Part shown: in pieces, positions 37,358-50,660 of the stretch
Position numbering within the stretch: the first letter of the stretch is position 1
How the letters are laid out: every line of letters begins with the position of its first letter
Origin: Octopus sinensis
Taxonomy: Eukaryota
Direction of reading: 5' to 3'
Length of the DNA: 64,000 bases
Assembly: GCF_006345805.1 (NCBI RefSeq)
Contig: NC_042998.1
Span: 43,462,001 to 43,526,000, forward strand
Notes under the pieces: generated by a model
The model's database searches: none
What the model was told of the DNA's origin: nothing
The model's input: the letters and a program-made list of their open reading frames with translations, nothing else
Made by a program: the position numbers and the translations under genes

Positions 37358-37930
37358 ACTACTTGAATGGACCATAAACAAAACTTGACTTAAACAGCAT
37401 TCAAATAATCCTATCAGGTGGTGCTATTAAGTTAGACATGGCCTGGACCAATCATTAGTCGAAACATATCTAAGTTTATCTAAGTTTATATATATACATA
37501 TACATACATATACATACATATACATACATATATTACTCTTTATCTTATATTGAACTGTTAATACTTTTTGACAGTTATATTTAAAAATATTTAAAATTGT
37601 CCCGAAAGAGATCAAAGAGGAACAGGATCCCATCAACTTTAAACGGAGTCTGGATAGATTCCTTCAAGGAATACCAGATAAGCCACTCATAATTGGATAC
37701 AACTCACCCAACAAAAACTCACTACTTGAATGGACTATAAAGAAAACTTGACTTAAACAGGATTCAAATAATCCTATCAGGTGGTGCTATTAAGTTAGAC
37801 ATGGCCCGGACCAATCATTGGTCGAAACATATCTAAGTTTATCTAAGTTTATATATATACATATACATACATATACATACATATACATATATTACACTTT
37901 ATCTTATATTAAACTGTAATAATTTTTGAT
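37358..37930 (+). mobile_element. CR1-like LINE 3' end, tandemly duplicated with flank
   Basis: VPKEIKEEQDPINFKRSLDRFLQGIPDKP..GYNSPNKNSLLEW; 3' UTR plus CTAAGTTT tail and TATACA flank repeated at ~365-bp offset. Confidence 0.75.
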
Positions 37931-37940
37931 AATAATAATA

Positions 37941-37987
<47 letters not shown>

Positions 37988-38007
37988 TAATAATAATAAT
38001 AATAAAA

Positions 38008-38039
<32 letters not shown>

Positions 38040-38308
38040 ATTATAAGTATAAATTATTGATTTAAATAATTTTTAAAATTTTAACTATAATTTAAATATT
38101 TTAAATTTTGAATTTACATTTTATATATTTTTATTAATTAATTTTATTTCTATGTATTGGTTTATGATTTTCACTGTTTGATTTGCCTAATAGTGGTTTT
38201 ATCTCTAATTTAATATAATATATATATATAAATTTATACTATAAAATTGGATTAATCTTAAATCTAATTTTTCCCTGTAAGTTTGGATTTACTCCCTAAT
38301 ATTATTAT

Positions 38309-38380
<72 letters not shown>

Positions 38381-38381
<1 letters not shown>

Positions 38382-38610
38382 GAAAAAAAGTAAAGATAGA
38401 AAATGCTAAAATAATTTTATAATGAACATTTCAGTACCGGTTTCAGTCATTGAGACTTTTTCAACTGTAACAATTAAATAATTAAATTTAGAAAAATTAA
38501 AAGAAGAGATTTTTTAAAAGAATATTTGTATAGTGTTCAAATACAAGTGGCATTTTCCTTGTTTCTGCCCGTCTCTGTCTCTCTTGTTTACTCTTGTGGG
38601 GTCGAGGTCC
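38381..38610 (-). repeat. Solo PLE terminal repeat with U3-A8 HHR (38432-38467)
   Basis: Matches 53800-54030 and the reverse complement of 57090-57350; cag-TTGAAAA-agtc(tcaat)gact-GAAA-CCGG-TA-ctg. Confidence 0.8.
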
Positions 38611-38646
<36 letters not shown>

Positions 38647-39239
38647 TATATGTATGTGTGTGTGCATGTATATATATATTTATATACACGTGTACACACA
38701 CATGCACACACACACACACACACGCAAAAAGATACAAATTCGGGTCGGCCTGTTTTTAAACATCATAGCACATGTTAAATTCATTAAGACTATAGAACAC
38801 TGGTCAGAAAGGTGTTCTTTTTCACATTTTGAGTCTTAAATTCAACATTCCAAGTCGGTAAAATACATAAGATTACTTAATTTTGGGGGTCAGTGTATTC
38901 CAATCCCTCAAACTGTCTGTTCTTGAGTCTAATTTACAAATACTTATCAGATTATTTACTAATTGGGAGTGAAAAGAGAATTTGAATGTATTTCTTCTTT
39001 AATGTATATTGTTCAAATACACAGGATACCTTCCTCTTTTTTAATTGCATTTTACTAACATTCACGACTATTATTCAGTTTCTAGGAATTTTAATGGATG
39101 TACAAACAAACACGCACACTCGCACGTGCGTATATATGCACATAAACTCGGGTGCACGCACACACACAGGCACACATACGCACGCACCCACAAACATTCT
39201 ACTTAGCGCATCAATCATGTTTTTCTCTTCCTACCCGTT

Positions 39240-39855
39240 CTTTCCAAATCACATGGTTCCGGGTTCAGCCCCACTGCGTGACACCATGGGCAAGTGTCTT
39301 CTACTATAACCTCAGGCTGACCAAAGTCTTGGGAATCTCCGAAACTTAGCATCCCCGAAACATAGCGGTTCGGCAAAAGATACCGATAGAATAAGTACTA
39401 GGCTTAAAAAAGAATAAGTCCTGGGGACGATGTCTTCGACTAAAGGCGATACTCCAGCATGGCCGCAGTCAAATGATTGAAACGAATAAAAGAATATATG
39501 CTTCGCAACCATATGGTTCCGCGTTCAGTCCCAGTGCGTGGCACCTTGGGCGACTGTTTTCTACTACAGCCTCGTGCCGACCAAAGCCTTGTGAGTGGAT
39601 TCAATAGACAGAAACTGAAAGAAGCCCATCGTATATATGTATATATAAATATTTATGTGTGTGTATATGTTTGTGTGTCTGTGTTTGTTCCCCACCGTTG
39701 CTTGACAACCGATGTTGGTGTGTTTTCGTCCCTGGCAAAAGAGACCGATACAATAAATACTAGGCTTACAAAGAATAAGTTCTGGGGTTGATTTGTTCGA
39801 CTAAAGGCGGTGCTCCAGCATGGCCGCGGTCAAATGACTGAAATAAGTAAAAGAA
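39240..39855 (+). mobile_element. Two adjacent SINE family A copies
   Basis: Internally deleted copy 39240-39495 and near-complete copy 39500-39855. Confidence 0.85.
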
Positions 39856-40284
39856 TACAGGAACAAAAGAACACACACACACACACACACAATCGAGCAA
39901 AATGTACCTGTTTGACGGTGCTGAGTTGTCAAACATTTAAACAAAATTTTCTAAATTTTGAGAAACACTGAGTTAACTTAAATTTGGGACACCAGCAAAA
40001 GAAGAAATAAAGATAGACTTTTTTCTATTCCAAAGAAAAACGATTTTATTCACACAAATATGCAACCGAAGAGTTTAAACTACCAGCAATGATAAGGCTG
40101 CTGACTGGGAGAACACAAGCATGGTTTAAACAGTAAGCTTGGCAGTAAACGTGCCTTTAAGCAGTATAAAAACAACAAAAGAATGGAAGGTGCAGTTATG
40201 TACAGGTTGACGGAAGGAAAGCAGGACAAAAACGACTTTATCGATCGCATTCTCACCTGGAATCGATTTTTGTAATTTTGTCAA

Positions 40285-40425
40285 GACTTATACACTCCCT
40301 GATACCATCGGTATCTACATATCAAATTTGAGCGCAATCGGTTGGAGGATGCCCGAGATCCTAGAATACACACACACACACACACAGAATGGATTTTATA
40401 TAATAGGTATATATAAAACTGAGAA

Positions 40426-40457
<32 letters not shown>

Positions 40458-40640
40458 CATCACTAAAACTCGAGAACCACCCAACCGATTTCATTCAAAT
40501 TTTACACATGCGCTTCTTAGGGTCTGTGGAGTGTCATGGTACACACCAATTTTCAACTCCTTGCCTAATGCGAACCCGGAGCAACCTCTTAAACTTTTTC
40601 GGAATTACGTGTCAAAAGTGAAACAATAACATCTCTATTG
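40285..40640. mobile_element. Non-autonomous Helitron/Helentron-like ends
   Basis: CAAATTTGAGCGCAATCGGTTG..(CA)n end, followed by TATATATAAAACTGAGAATGTGTG..CAACCGATTTCATTCAAATTTT start, a layout typical of such elements. Confidence 0.45.
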
Positions 40641-40725
40641 TGAGATAATATTTTCACTTTTACTAGTTTCTCTATGTATATAATATATACATAGCTGTAT
40701 ATGTATAGATGAATATGTATCTATG

Positions 40726-40759
<34 letters not shown>

Positions 40760-40920
40760 AGAGAGAGAGAGAGAGAGAGAGATTTATATAGGAGAGTATT
40801 GTAGTTTGCTTGAAGCATTGTGCATTTTTTGTAAAAAATAACGTCTTGAATGGCACAACAATGCACTATAATAACAACAATGTACTATAATAACTGTTAT
40901 AATTTAATCATCCATATTCT

Positions 40921-40964
40921 GATAAAATATTTCGGAATATAAAAATTCCTTCTTCAGATATATC
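40921..40964 (-). ncRNA. Degenerate minimal HHR-like motif
   Basis: CTGAAGA-a-ggaat(ttttat)attcc-GAAA-TA-TT; stem I has a mismatch at the junction. Confidence 0.4.
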
Positions 40965-41309
40965 AAGGAATTGATCGAGTCACTACTATAATCGGTTTCC
41001 CAACGGTTTTTTTTTCTTTTCCGAAAGCGTCACTGCAGTGGTCTCACGAAGCTCCTTCCTGAATTCCTCCTGAAGAGTGCGTGAAGGCGGCCATGTCTCA
41101 AGCTGGTGTGTATTGACACATCCTTAACTCTGCTTCTAAGTTATGCATTATACGTGCAGCTTCCTTTTTTTTTATAAGTAATACATGAGCATGTTATCAA
41201 AAATGAACCTACACCCATCTAAATGTAGCTAAATAATATACTGACTGCCAACCTCTAGCCTGTTGTTAATTAGGGTCCCAAGTCTGTGTATGAGGATAGC
41301 TTCCTTAAT

Positions 41310-42655
41310 TCTCAAATTACCCAAGTTTTTCATTGGCCTCACTTGTGACTGTTATGCATTTGTAGATAGTGTAGATAGTGATGAGGGGATATCCACATAG
41401 AATGAAGTGGCAAGCCATCAGTTGAGACTGTGTCTCAAAGTCATGGTTGTCACTGCAGAGCCTGCGCAGACGGAGGAATTGGGAATAGAGGATGGAGAGC
41501 TTGGTGTGTTTAGGGTTGGGGGAGGAGAAGTTGAGGTATGCGTATGAGTCTGTGTGTTTGTAGTGGATGGAGGTAGTGAGAGTGGAATGATGAATGCTGA
41601 CTGAAATGTCGAGAAAGGCGACGGAAGTGCAGGAGAAGTGGAGGGCAGGTTGGAAAGATTTGACAAAAGAGAGGAAGGAGAATAGTTGTTCGCGGGTGAA
41701 TGTGGTCGATACAGTCGTCAATATAACGGCAATATAGTTCGGGAGTGGGACCAGTGAAACTTGAGAATATTTGGGCCTCAACGTAGCCAACGAACAGCTT
41801 CGCATAGTTGGAGCCCATTCTCGTTCCTATGGTCACTGCCGAGACCTGCTAGTAAAAATCACCAGCGAACGAGAAGCAGTTAAGGGAGAGAACAAGTTCG
41901 GCCAGACGAAGAAGTGTGGATGTGTCAGGCTGGGGGTTGGGTCAAAGGTCAAGGTAGTGAGGGATCACCGTGTATAGGCTCTTGATGTCAAGAGTGAAGA
42001 GAAGTTGAGATGGACCAGGAGGGAAAGAGAAAAGTTGAACAGACGAAGAGCATGGATTTCAGAGGAGAGGGAAGCAACTAGGGGGCAAGTACACGGTCAA
42101 GATATCTAGAGATGAGTTCGGTTGGGCAGTTGCAGGCGGAGATGATGGAGCGGCCAGGGTTGTTAGGTCTGTGGACTTTGTGGAGGAAGTAAATTTTGAG
42201 TGTGCGAGGAGTGCGGATAATGTGGTTGGAGGCGATGGAGGGAGACGGGAGTAGGAGATGAGGCCATGGATAGTAGAGGACACCTCTGTTGGTAGCTGAG
42301 CGTGGGCTTGGAAGGCAGAGGGCAGTAGAAGGAGGTGTCTTGAAGTTGGCGGAGAGCTTCGGCTTTGTAGAGGTCCGCGCACCAGACCACCACACCTCCA
42401 CCATTGCCGGTCCACAGCGCGCTGGCAGACGTCCGCAAAAAGATCGACTGCTTGGAACTGGGTAGGAGCTGGCGTACATTGGGATAGTCGGCGGCCTAGG
42501 ACGGTGAAGCGATCCTCCTCATTAGATGCAGGTGGAGTGTCGCGAAATAGCACACACAAACAAACACGGCGCACAAAGCTGTGGATATCGGCACGAGTCC
42601 GAAATTCGTAGCTGGATGGAGTGTGGGGGATGAAGCGCAGGCACCTACTGAGGTA
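41310..42655 (-). mobile_element. Penelope-like element RT remnant
   Basis: LSRCLRFIP.TP, ADK-like region, IGTRMGSNYAKLFVGYVE, YCRYIDDC, VAFLDISV, HYKHTDSYAYL..SSPNP..TK.SI.YSQFLRLRRLCS. Confidence 0.9.
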
Positions 42656-42699
42656 TATATATATAAATATATATATATGGAGAGGTGGGTATATATGTA

Positions 42700-42890
42700 T
42701 ATGTGTGTGTATATAGGGAGAATTCACAAAAAAAAACAAAAAAGCAAAAGAAGACAGGTGGTTTAGACAACAAACAGATGTATTATTATAACGCTCGGAA
42801 AGTGAAAAAGTCTTTAACGTTTCGAGCCTACGCTTATCCGTAGAAAGTAACACAGAAAGAAACAAAGAGAGAAAATAGACAATCTAGCGA
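42700..42890 (-). repeat. PLE terminal repeat with decayed HHR (~42811-42847)
   Basis: cttt-[CTACGGA]-t-aagc(gtag)gctc-GAAA-CG-TT-aaag; related copies at ~46960-47040 and ~50430-50510. Confidence 0.5.
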
Positions 42891-43509
42891 TCTATCATGG
42901 CGAATGCCAGACATAAGGGTCAAACAGGAGAGCTGGGGAGAAGGGGGATAATAAAGTTGTGGTGATCCCAAAACGAAGGTGCGCGTGCGTGTGTATACGA
43001 AAGTTTGTATGTGTGTGTGGAAGAGGGCTAGTGATCTTGACGTGTGCGTGTGTGTATGTGTAGGTGTGAAAATGTGGGTCAGGGAAGTGGTTAGTGCTGA
43101 CGTGTGCGTGGTGCGTTGTGATGTGATGTGTTGTGTGGTATGGTGGTGTAAGGTGTAGTGGTGTGTGGAGTAGTGTGATGGTGTTGGGAGGTGGGGGAGG
43201 TGAGAGTGCGGAAAGCAAGGGTGGGGTGTGCGTTGGGCTGAGGGTGGGGGATGTAGGTAGGCAGAGGGCGGGGCTAGAGGTGGGGTAGGTAGGAGTGGGT
43301 GTAAGGGATGGGATGAGGAGGGATGGGGAAGAATAAGGAAGATGGGATGGAATGTGTAGGGGTGGGATGGGCTTACGAGGGAGGGGTGGCGATGAAGGGG
43401 AAGAAGGGGAGTGACGAGAAGAGAGAAGGAGAATAGGAGTGAAGAGAAGAAGTAGGAGCCAGAGCAAGAGAGGAGAGTTGGGTATATATATGTTGTGTAT
43501 ATATATTAT

Positions 43510-43566
<57 letters not shown>

Positions 43567-43569
43567 CAC

Positions 43570-43641
<72 letters not shown>

Positions 43642-44258
43642 ATATATATAATATATACATATATATCAATTTGACATGGGTGATTCTTCTTTTCTTGGGA
43701 TTCACGGTCAAACGGCTGGTGGAATTGCGTGAAAAAATTACACAGATGTGTAGAATGATCCGGTAGTGATGCTGGACTTCGTATTTTTTCATAGCTCACA
43801 TAGTTACCGAGATAATCTACTATAATAATACTCTTATTTTTATGAATGAGAAAGGAAGGGGTGATAGATGAATAAGGACGGAAGGGATGATGTCAAACAT
43901 TAATTCTATTTGTTTAAAGTTTCTCCTACTGTTTTACATTGTATTTATGGTGTTTAACAAAGTAGAATTTATATGATTTGCGTACATACAACTTCTCTGT
44001 CATATACTTGATTTTTCATTCATGGTTGAGCTTCAGATTAGCTACAATGACTTTGATTACACAAATTAAGATAATTTTAGCTATATCGGAGTACTGAAAC
44101 CTTCCAGTTACTCTCGGTAACTTAAAATTTTTATTAATTTGTTTTGTTTTTGCTTTTGTTAGTATTTTGTATTTTTTTACCTTTAGTTTTGGTGTTTGAA
44201 TACAAAGAGGAGGTAAATATTTAGAAGATAGCAAGTTTTACAACGATATCAATCGAAC

Positions 44259-44290
44259 TACCCGGGTGAAACCAGGAAAAAACAACTAGT
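44259..44290 (+). mobile_element. Helitron-like 3' terminus (duplicated at ~48030-48060)
   Basis: CCCGGGTGAAACCAGG hairpin followed ~10 nt later by CTAG|T. Confidence 0.5.
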
Positions 44291-44833
44291 ATATGTATAT
44301 ATATGTATATATGACTTCAATGGAGGCAATAACAGCCATAACAATGGAGGCAATATTGCGTCCATTGAAATCATAAATTGGAACTTAGCTCATTTAGAGC
44401 ACTTTAATTCTAGCCCGTTTCTGAGCATTGTTAAAGTTAACAATCTCTCCTTAAAATTGTATAATATATATGTATATACATATATACAGGTGGCTCCTTT
44501 ATAGACAGTTACTCATACAAATCCTAAAATCCTGACAAAATGTATGACCATACCCAACTATAAACTGACAACTCACTCCTGCCCTCCTTTCTAAACAGAC
44601 ACTGCTCTCTAGCCTTAGATTTGGTAGTTGATAAGAAAAAAACTAATAAATTAAAAGTGAGCCACAATCCTTTACAAGCTATGATCCTATCAAACTTCAT
44701 ACAGTTCTTAGAAGTGTAGTATATTCTAAGCTGCATTAGTAGCAACATGGACTCTTTCCCTCTTCTTGCTATATTAGAGAATTCGAGTAAAAGTATATTA
44801 ATGTGTCGAACTGATTAAAAATTCTATTTATTT

Positions 44834-44921
44834 ATGCAGCTGAGGATAGCCCTGCATTTAAACTGATATAATGATTGTATTGTTCAATTAAATGGAGCCG
44901 CTTGAAACGGTCGTACTGCAT
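44834..44921 (+). ncRNA. Type-I HHR-like motif with ~57-nt stem II region
   Basis: atgcag-CTGAGGA-[tagc...gctt]-GAAA-CG(gt)CG-TA-ctgcat; intact core, 6-bp stem I. Confidence 0.7.
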
Positions 44922-46096
44922 CACCTCTTGATATATCCTGTGTTGCTTATTTTGATTTTATATATATATATATATATATATAAATAATATTATATATATA
45001 ATATATATATATATATATACATACACATACATGTACATATATATGTGTATGTTATGTCTGTATATACTTATGTGTGTGTGTGTGTGTGTGTATGTGCGTA
45101 TGTGTGTGTATGTGTGTCTGTCTGCCGTCTCCTGTCCTCTGCTTGTCTGCGTTTCAGTGCGTGTATGTGTATGTATTACAGAATATATAATGTGTTCTTG
45201 TGATTCGTTCTTCACTTTACTATCATTTGTCAGAATAGATAAAACATCAAACAAAATACCTATCGGTATTTCTACGGACACTACGTTCTGTTTTCACATA
45301 CGTTAGGACTTCGGGGCAAAAAGTGCCTTGTGGTTTTTTTTTTTCCGACTGTTTATTTATGTCCTGAATTCAAAACCCTGCTGAGGTTACTTACCTTTAA
45401 TCATTTCGGGATCAATGAAAGAAAGTAACAGTGAAGTACTAGTCTGAAGGTAATCGACTAAAACACCCTCTCACAAGATTATGTTCTTGGTTCTTAAATA
45501 AGAAACCTTCGACTTTCATTATTAATTGATTTACATTGTACTCTACCTCAGGCTCTTATTGAATGGTTTCAGTAACTTATTAGGTCCCTAGAAGAAGTGG
45601 TCCATATCACTTCGCTCAACACTCAGCATTATCGATGAAAGCACGTTGAATGCTCGTCCAAAAGCACAGCAGAACAAATGAGAGGTTGTGAATAATCTTA
45701 ATAGATATCAGCATGAGTAATGGAAAGTGAGTGTATTTACGAGGTTTGTAAGTTTGAGGGTCAAAAGTTGACCTGTCTACTAGTTTGGCAACCGGAGGTA
45801 TGATAAAAATGCCGCAAGCCTTCAATCTGACGCTCCTTCAGCTCTTCGAATTACCGACATAACTTTATGTGTTTAGAACCAGTATATGATGATGTATATT
45901 TTCTGCCTGTGGCCCCCACACATACACACACAAAGGCTTGGCTATGTGGAAGGGAAATTGCTTGACAGCCACATGGTTCATGGAGTAGACTTTGTGTATG
46001 GTATCTTGGACAAGTGTCTTCTACTATAGCTTCGGGCCGATTAATGCCTTGTGATTTGGTAGACGGTAACATTGTATATATGTATATAAATATATA

Positions 46097-46174
<78 letters not shown>

Positions 46175-46223
46175 TATGTATACATATGTGTGTGTGTTTG
46201 TTGAAAGGTATAATGAACAAACA

Positions 46224-46449
46224 GCGAGCTGGCAGAGTCGTTAGCACGCCGGGCGAAATCCGTAGCCGTATTTCGTCTGCTGTTACGTTCTGAGTTCAAA
46301 TTCCGCCGAGGTCGACTTTGCCTTTCATCCTTTCGGGGTCGTTTAAATAAGTACCATTTACGCACTGGGGTCGATATAATCGACTTAATCCGTTTGTCTG
46401 TCCTTGTTTGTGCCCTCTGTGTTTAGCCCCTTGTGGGTAGTAAAGAAAT
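46224..46449 (+). mobile_element. Young SINE family B insertion with 18-bp TSD
   Basis: AGGTATAATGAACAAACA at 46206-46223 and 46450-46467; empty site in the duplicate at ~49940-49960. Confidence 0.95.
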
Positions 46450-46788
46450 AGGTATAATGAACAAACACTCCAATCGATCAAAGTAACTTTATATCATTCC
46501 CAAATTATCAAAAGTTGAATATAAATATTACGGACTAGTGACCTGATCTGAGATTGTTTGCTGAAACAGCGTGGAACGTGTTTATAAGCCATTTAAAAAC
46601 ACACAAAAAAAAACTGTTAGATTTACTTCAACATTTAAATCTAATTTGCCAAACTATTTTCGTCGCTTTGAGACCGCGACCTTTTCACTGACAAAATTGC
46701 GTGCTGCATCTGAGAAAGGAACAGTTAGTTCATGATATGCATGTCCACTCCACACACGCTCACACACGCATATCGGCAACATTCGTTT

Positions 46789-46830
46789 ATATTCTTGAAA
46801 ATGGGGTCATAACCCCGAAACATTGAATAT
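46789..46830 (+). ncRNA. Minimal HHR-like motif, U3-A8 variant (duplicate at 50277-50318)
   Basis: atattc-TTGAAAA-t-gggg(tcataa)cccc-GAAA-CA-TT-gaatat; stem III ACAT looks like CpG decay of ACGT. Confidence 0.55.
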
Positions 46831-47150
46831 GTATATATGTATGCATATACATCATGTATGTATGTATGTATGTATGTATGTATGTATGTATGTATGTATG
46901 TATGTATGTATGTATGTATGTATGTATGTATGTGTTACTAACCACATGGTCCATAACAACAAGCAGGTGTATTAGTTTAAACGCTCGGGAAGAATAGAAG
47001 AGTCTATTATGTTTTCAAGCCTATGCTCTTCGATAGAATAATTAGAGGTGGGAAAGAAAGGAGAGAGAATGAAAAAAAAAAGGAGGAAGATTAAACTTTT
47101 TGCAGGTAGGTCGTCTAAAAGTCCACAGCTCAGGAACCGAAGTACACATT

Positions 47151-47181
<31 letters not shown>

Positions 47182-47359
47182 ATATATAATATATATATAT
47201 ATATATATATAATATATATATATCAATAAATGGTGGGGTTGGTGTTGACCGCGTGTGGAGAAATGATAAGTAAGGAAAAAATTTTTTAAAAATGCAGAAT
47301 GCTCAAATGAAAGAAAATTTTAATAAAATGAGAAATTGATAAATATATAAATATATATT

Positions 47360-47401
47360 TATTCAACCGGTTTTTCGTCATTGTATGACTTGTCAAGAAT
47401 A
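47360..47401 (-). ncRNA. Minimal HHR-like motif, U3-A8 variant with two extra A
   Basis: tattc-TTGACAA-gtca(tacaa)tgac-GAAAAA-CCGG-TT-gaata. Confidence 0.5.
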
Positions 47402-47658
47402 TTTATGTCTAAAAAGTTTTTTTAAAAATTAGAAAGGGGAAAAAAAGAAAATTTGCATTGTTTTTTTGGCAAAAGAATAATGATAAAAATGTACAAAAAT
47501 AAAAAAATAAAAAATAAGTACTCCGATACATTGTGAGTTCGTTGTGTATCTTGAGTTTTATGATTGTTCACCAAAAAATTACCTTGAGGTATTAAGATCC
47601 AAAGGGATTAAGAGCATGTGTTGTGTGGTTTAATTCAGCATGTTTGCAGGACAGGAAG

Positions 47659-49865
47659 TCTATTTGTTTAAAGTTTCTCCTACTGACTACTGTTTTACAT
47701 TGTATTTATGGTGTTTAACAAAGTACAATTTATATGATTTGCGAACATACAACTTCTCTGTCAGATACTTGATTTTTCATTCATGGTTGAGCTTCAGATT
47801 AGCTACAATGACTACATTAGACTTTGATTACACAAATTAAGATAATTTTAGCTATATCGGAGTACTGAAACCTTCCAGTTACTCTCGGTAACTTAACATT
47901 TTTATTAATTTGTTTTGTTTTTGTTTTTGTTAGTATTTTGTATTTTTTTACCTTTAGTTTTGGTGTTTGAATACAAAGAGGAGGTAAATATTTAGAAGAT
48001 AGCAAGTTTTACAGCGATATCAATCGAACTACCCGGGTGAAACCAGGAAAAAAAGCTAGTATATGTATATATATGTATATATGATTTCAATGGAGGCAAT
48101 AACAGCCATAACAATGGAGGCAATATTGCGTCCATTGAAATCATAAATTGGAACTTAGCTCATCTAGAGCACTTTAATTCTAGCCCGTTTCTGAGCATTG
48201 TTAAAGTTAACAATCTCTCCTTAAAATTGTATAATATATATGTATATACATATCTACAGGTGGCTCCTTTATAGACAGTTACTTATACAAATCCTAAAAT
48301 CCTGACAAAATTTATGACCATACCCAACTATAAACTGACAAATCACGCCTGCCCTCCTTTCTAAACAGACACTGCTCTCTAGCCTTAGATTTGGTAGTTG
48401 ATAAGAAAAACTAATAAATTAAAAATGAGCCACAATCCTTTACAAGCTATGATCCTATCAAACTTCATACAGTCTTAGAAGTGTAGTATATTCTAAGCTA
48501 CATTAGTAGCAACATGGACTCTTTCCCTCTTCTTGCTATATTAGAGAATTCGAGAGTAAAGTAAAAGTATATTAATGTGTCGAACTGATTAAAAATTCTA
48601 TTATTTATGCAGCTGAGGATAGCCCTGCATTAAACTGATATAATGATTGTATTGTTCAATAAATGGAGCCGCTTGAAACGTCCGTACTGCATCACCTCTT
48701 GATATCCTGTTGCTTATTTTGATTATATATATATATATTATATATATATAATATATATATGTATACACACATACATGTACATATATATGTGTATGTATAT
48801 GTCTGTATATACTTATGTGTGTGTATGTGCGTATGTGTGTGTATGTGTGTCTGTCTGCCTGTCCATCTGCCTGTCTGCGTTTCAGTGCGTGTATGTGTAT
48901 GTATTACAGAATATATAATGTGTTCTTGTGATTCGTTCTTCACTTTACTATCATTTGTCAGAATAGATAAAACATCAAACAAAATACCTATCGGTATTTC
49001 TACGGACACTACGTTCTGTTTTCACATACGTTAGGACTTCGGGGCAAAAAGTGCCTTGTGGTTTTTTTTTTCCGACTGTTTATTTATGTCCTGAATTCAA
49101 AACCTGCTGAGGTTTACTTACCTTTTAATCATTTCGGGATCAATGAAAGAAAGTAACAGTGAAGTACTAGTCTGAAGGTAATCGACTAACACCCTCTCAC
49201 AAGATTAATGTTCTTGTTCTTAAATAAGAAACCTTCGACTTTCATTATTAATTGATTTACATTGTACTCTACCACAGGCTCTTATTGAATGGTTTCAGTA
49301 ACTTATTAGGTCCCTAGAAGAAGTGGTCAATACCACTTCGCTCAAAATCTCAGCATTATCGATGAAATAAGCACGTTGAATGCTCGTCCAAAAGCACAGC
49401 AGAACAAATGAGAGGTTGTGAATAATCTTAATAGATATCAGCATGAGTAATGGAAAGTGAGTGTATTTACGAGGTTTGTAAGTTTGAGGGTCAAAAGTTG
49501 ACCTGTCAACTAGTTTGGCAACCGGAGGTATGATAAAAATGCCGCAAGCCTTCAATCTGACGCTCCTTCAGCTCTTCGAATTACCGACATAACTTTATGT
49601 GTTTAGAACCAGTATATGATGATGTATATTTTCTGCCTGTGGTCCCCACACATACACACACAAAGGCTTGGCTATGCGGAAGGGAGATTGCTTGATAGCC
49701 ACATGGTTCATGGAGTAGACTTTGTGTATGGTATCTTGGACAAGTGTCTTCTACTATAGCTTCGGGCCGATTAATGCCTTGTGATTTGGTAGACGGTAAC
49801 ATTGTATATATGTATATTATATATATATATATATATATATAGATATATATATATATATAGATATA

Positions 49866-49896
<31 letters not shown>

Positions 49897-50615
49897 GTGT
49901 GTGTGTGTATGTATACATATGTGTGTGTGTGTTTGTTGAAAGGTATAATGAACAAACACTCCAATCAATCAAAGTAACTTTATATCATTCCCAAATTATC
50001 AAAGTTTTGATATAATATTACGGGCAAGTGACCTGATCTGAGATTGTTTGCTGAAACAGCGTGGAAGGTGTTTATAAGCCATTAAAAACACACAAAAAAA
50101 ACTGTTAGATTCACTTCAACATTTAAATCTAATTTGCCAAACTATTTTCGTCGCTTTGAGACCGCGACCTTTTCACTGACAAAATTGCGTGCTGCATCTG
50201 AGAAAGGAACAGTTAGTTCATGATATGCATGTCCACTCCACACACGCTCACACACGCATATCGGCAACATTCGTTTATATTCTTGAAAATGGGGTCATAA
50301 CCCCGAAACATTGAATATGTATATATGTATGCATATACATCATGTATGTATGTATGTATGTATGTATGTATGTATGTATGTATGTATGTATGTATGTATG
50401 TGTTACTAACCACATGGTCCATAACAACAAGCAGGTGTATTAGTTTAACGCTCGGGAAGAATAGAAAAGTCTATTATGTTTCAAGCCTATGCTCTTCGAT
50501 AGAAATAATTAGAGGTGGGGAAAGAAAGGAGAGAGAATGAAAAAAAAATGGAGGAAAATTAAACTAAAAGTCCACAACTCAGGATCCGAAGTATACATTA
50601 CATACATGTATGTAT

Positions 50616-50658
<43 letters not shown>

Positions 50659-50660
50659 GA
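47659..50660 (+). repeat. Tandem segmental duplication, copy 2
   Basis: Colinear with 43905-47220; lacks the SINE B insert; differs mostly by small indels and microsatellite length. Confidence 0.95.
48607..48692 (+). ncRNA. HHR-like motif, duplicate of 44834-44921
   Basis: atgcag-CTGAGGA...GAAA-CG(tc)CG-TA-ctgcat. Confidence 0.7.

Larger units (their letters stand above)
43905..47220 (+). repeat. Tandem segmental duplication, copy 1
   Basis: Starts TCTATTTGTTTAAAGTTTCTCCTACTG; colinear with 47659-50660. Confidence 0.95.

Noticed and set aside
42059-43569. 268-aa and 224-aa minus-strand ORFs as host genes
   Set aside because: First is frameshifted PLE sequence read through a microsatellite; second is low-complexity Pro/Thr/His from a GT/GA-rich tract.
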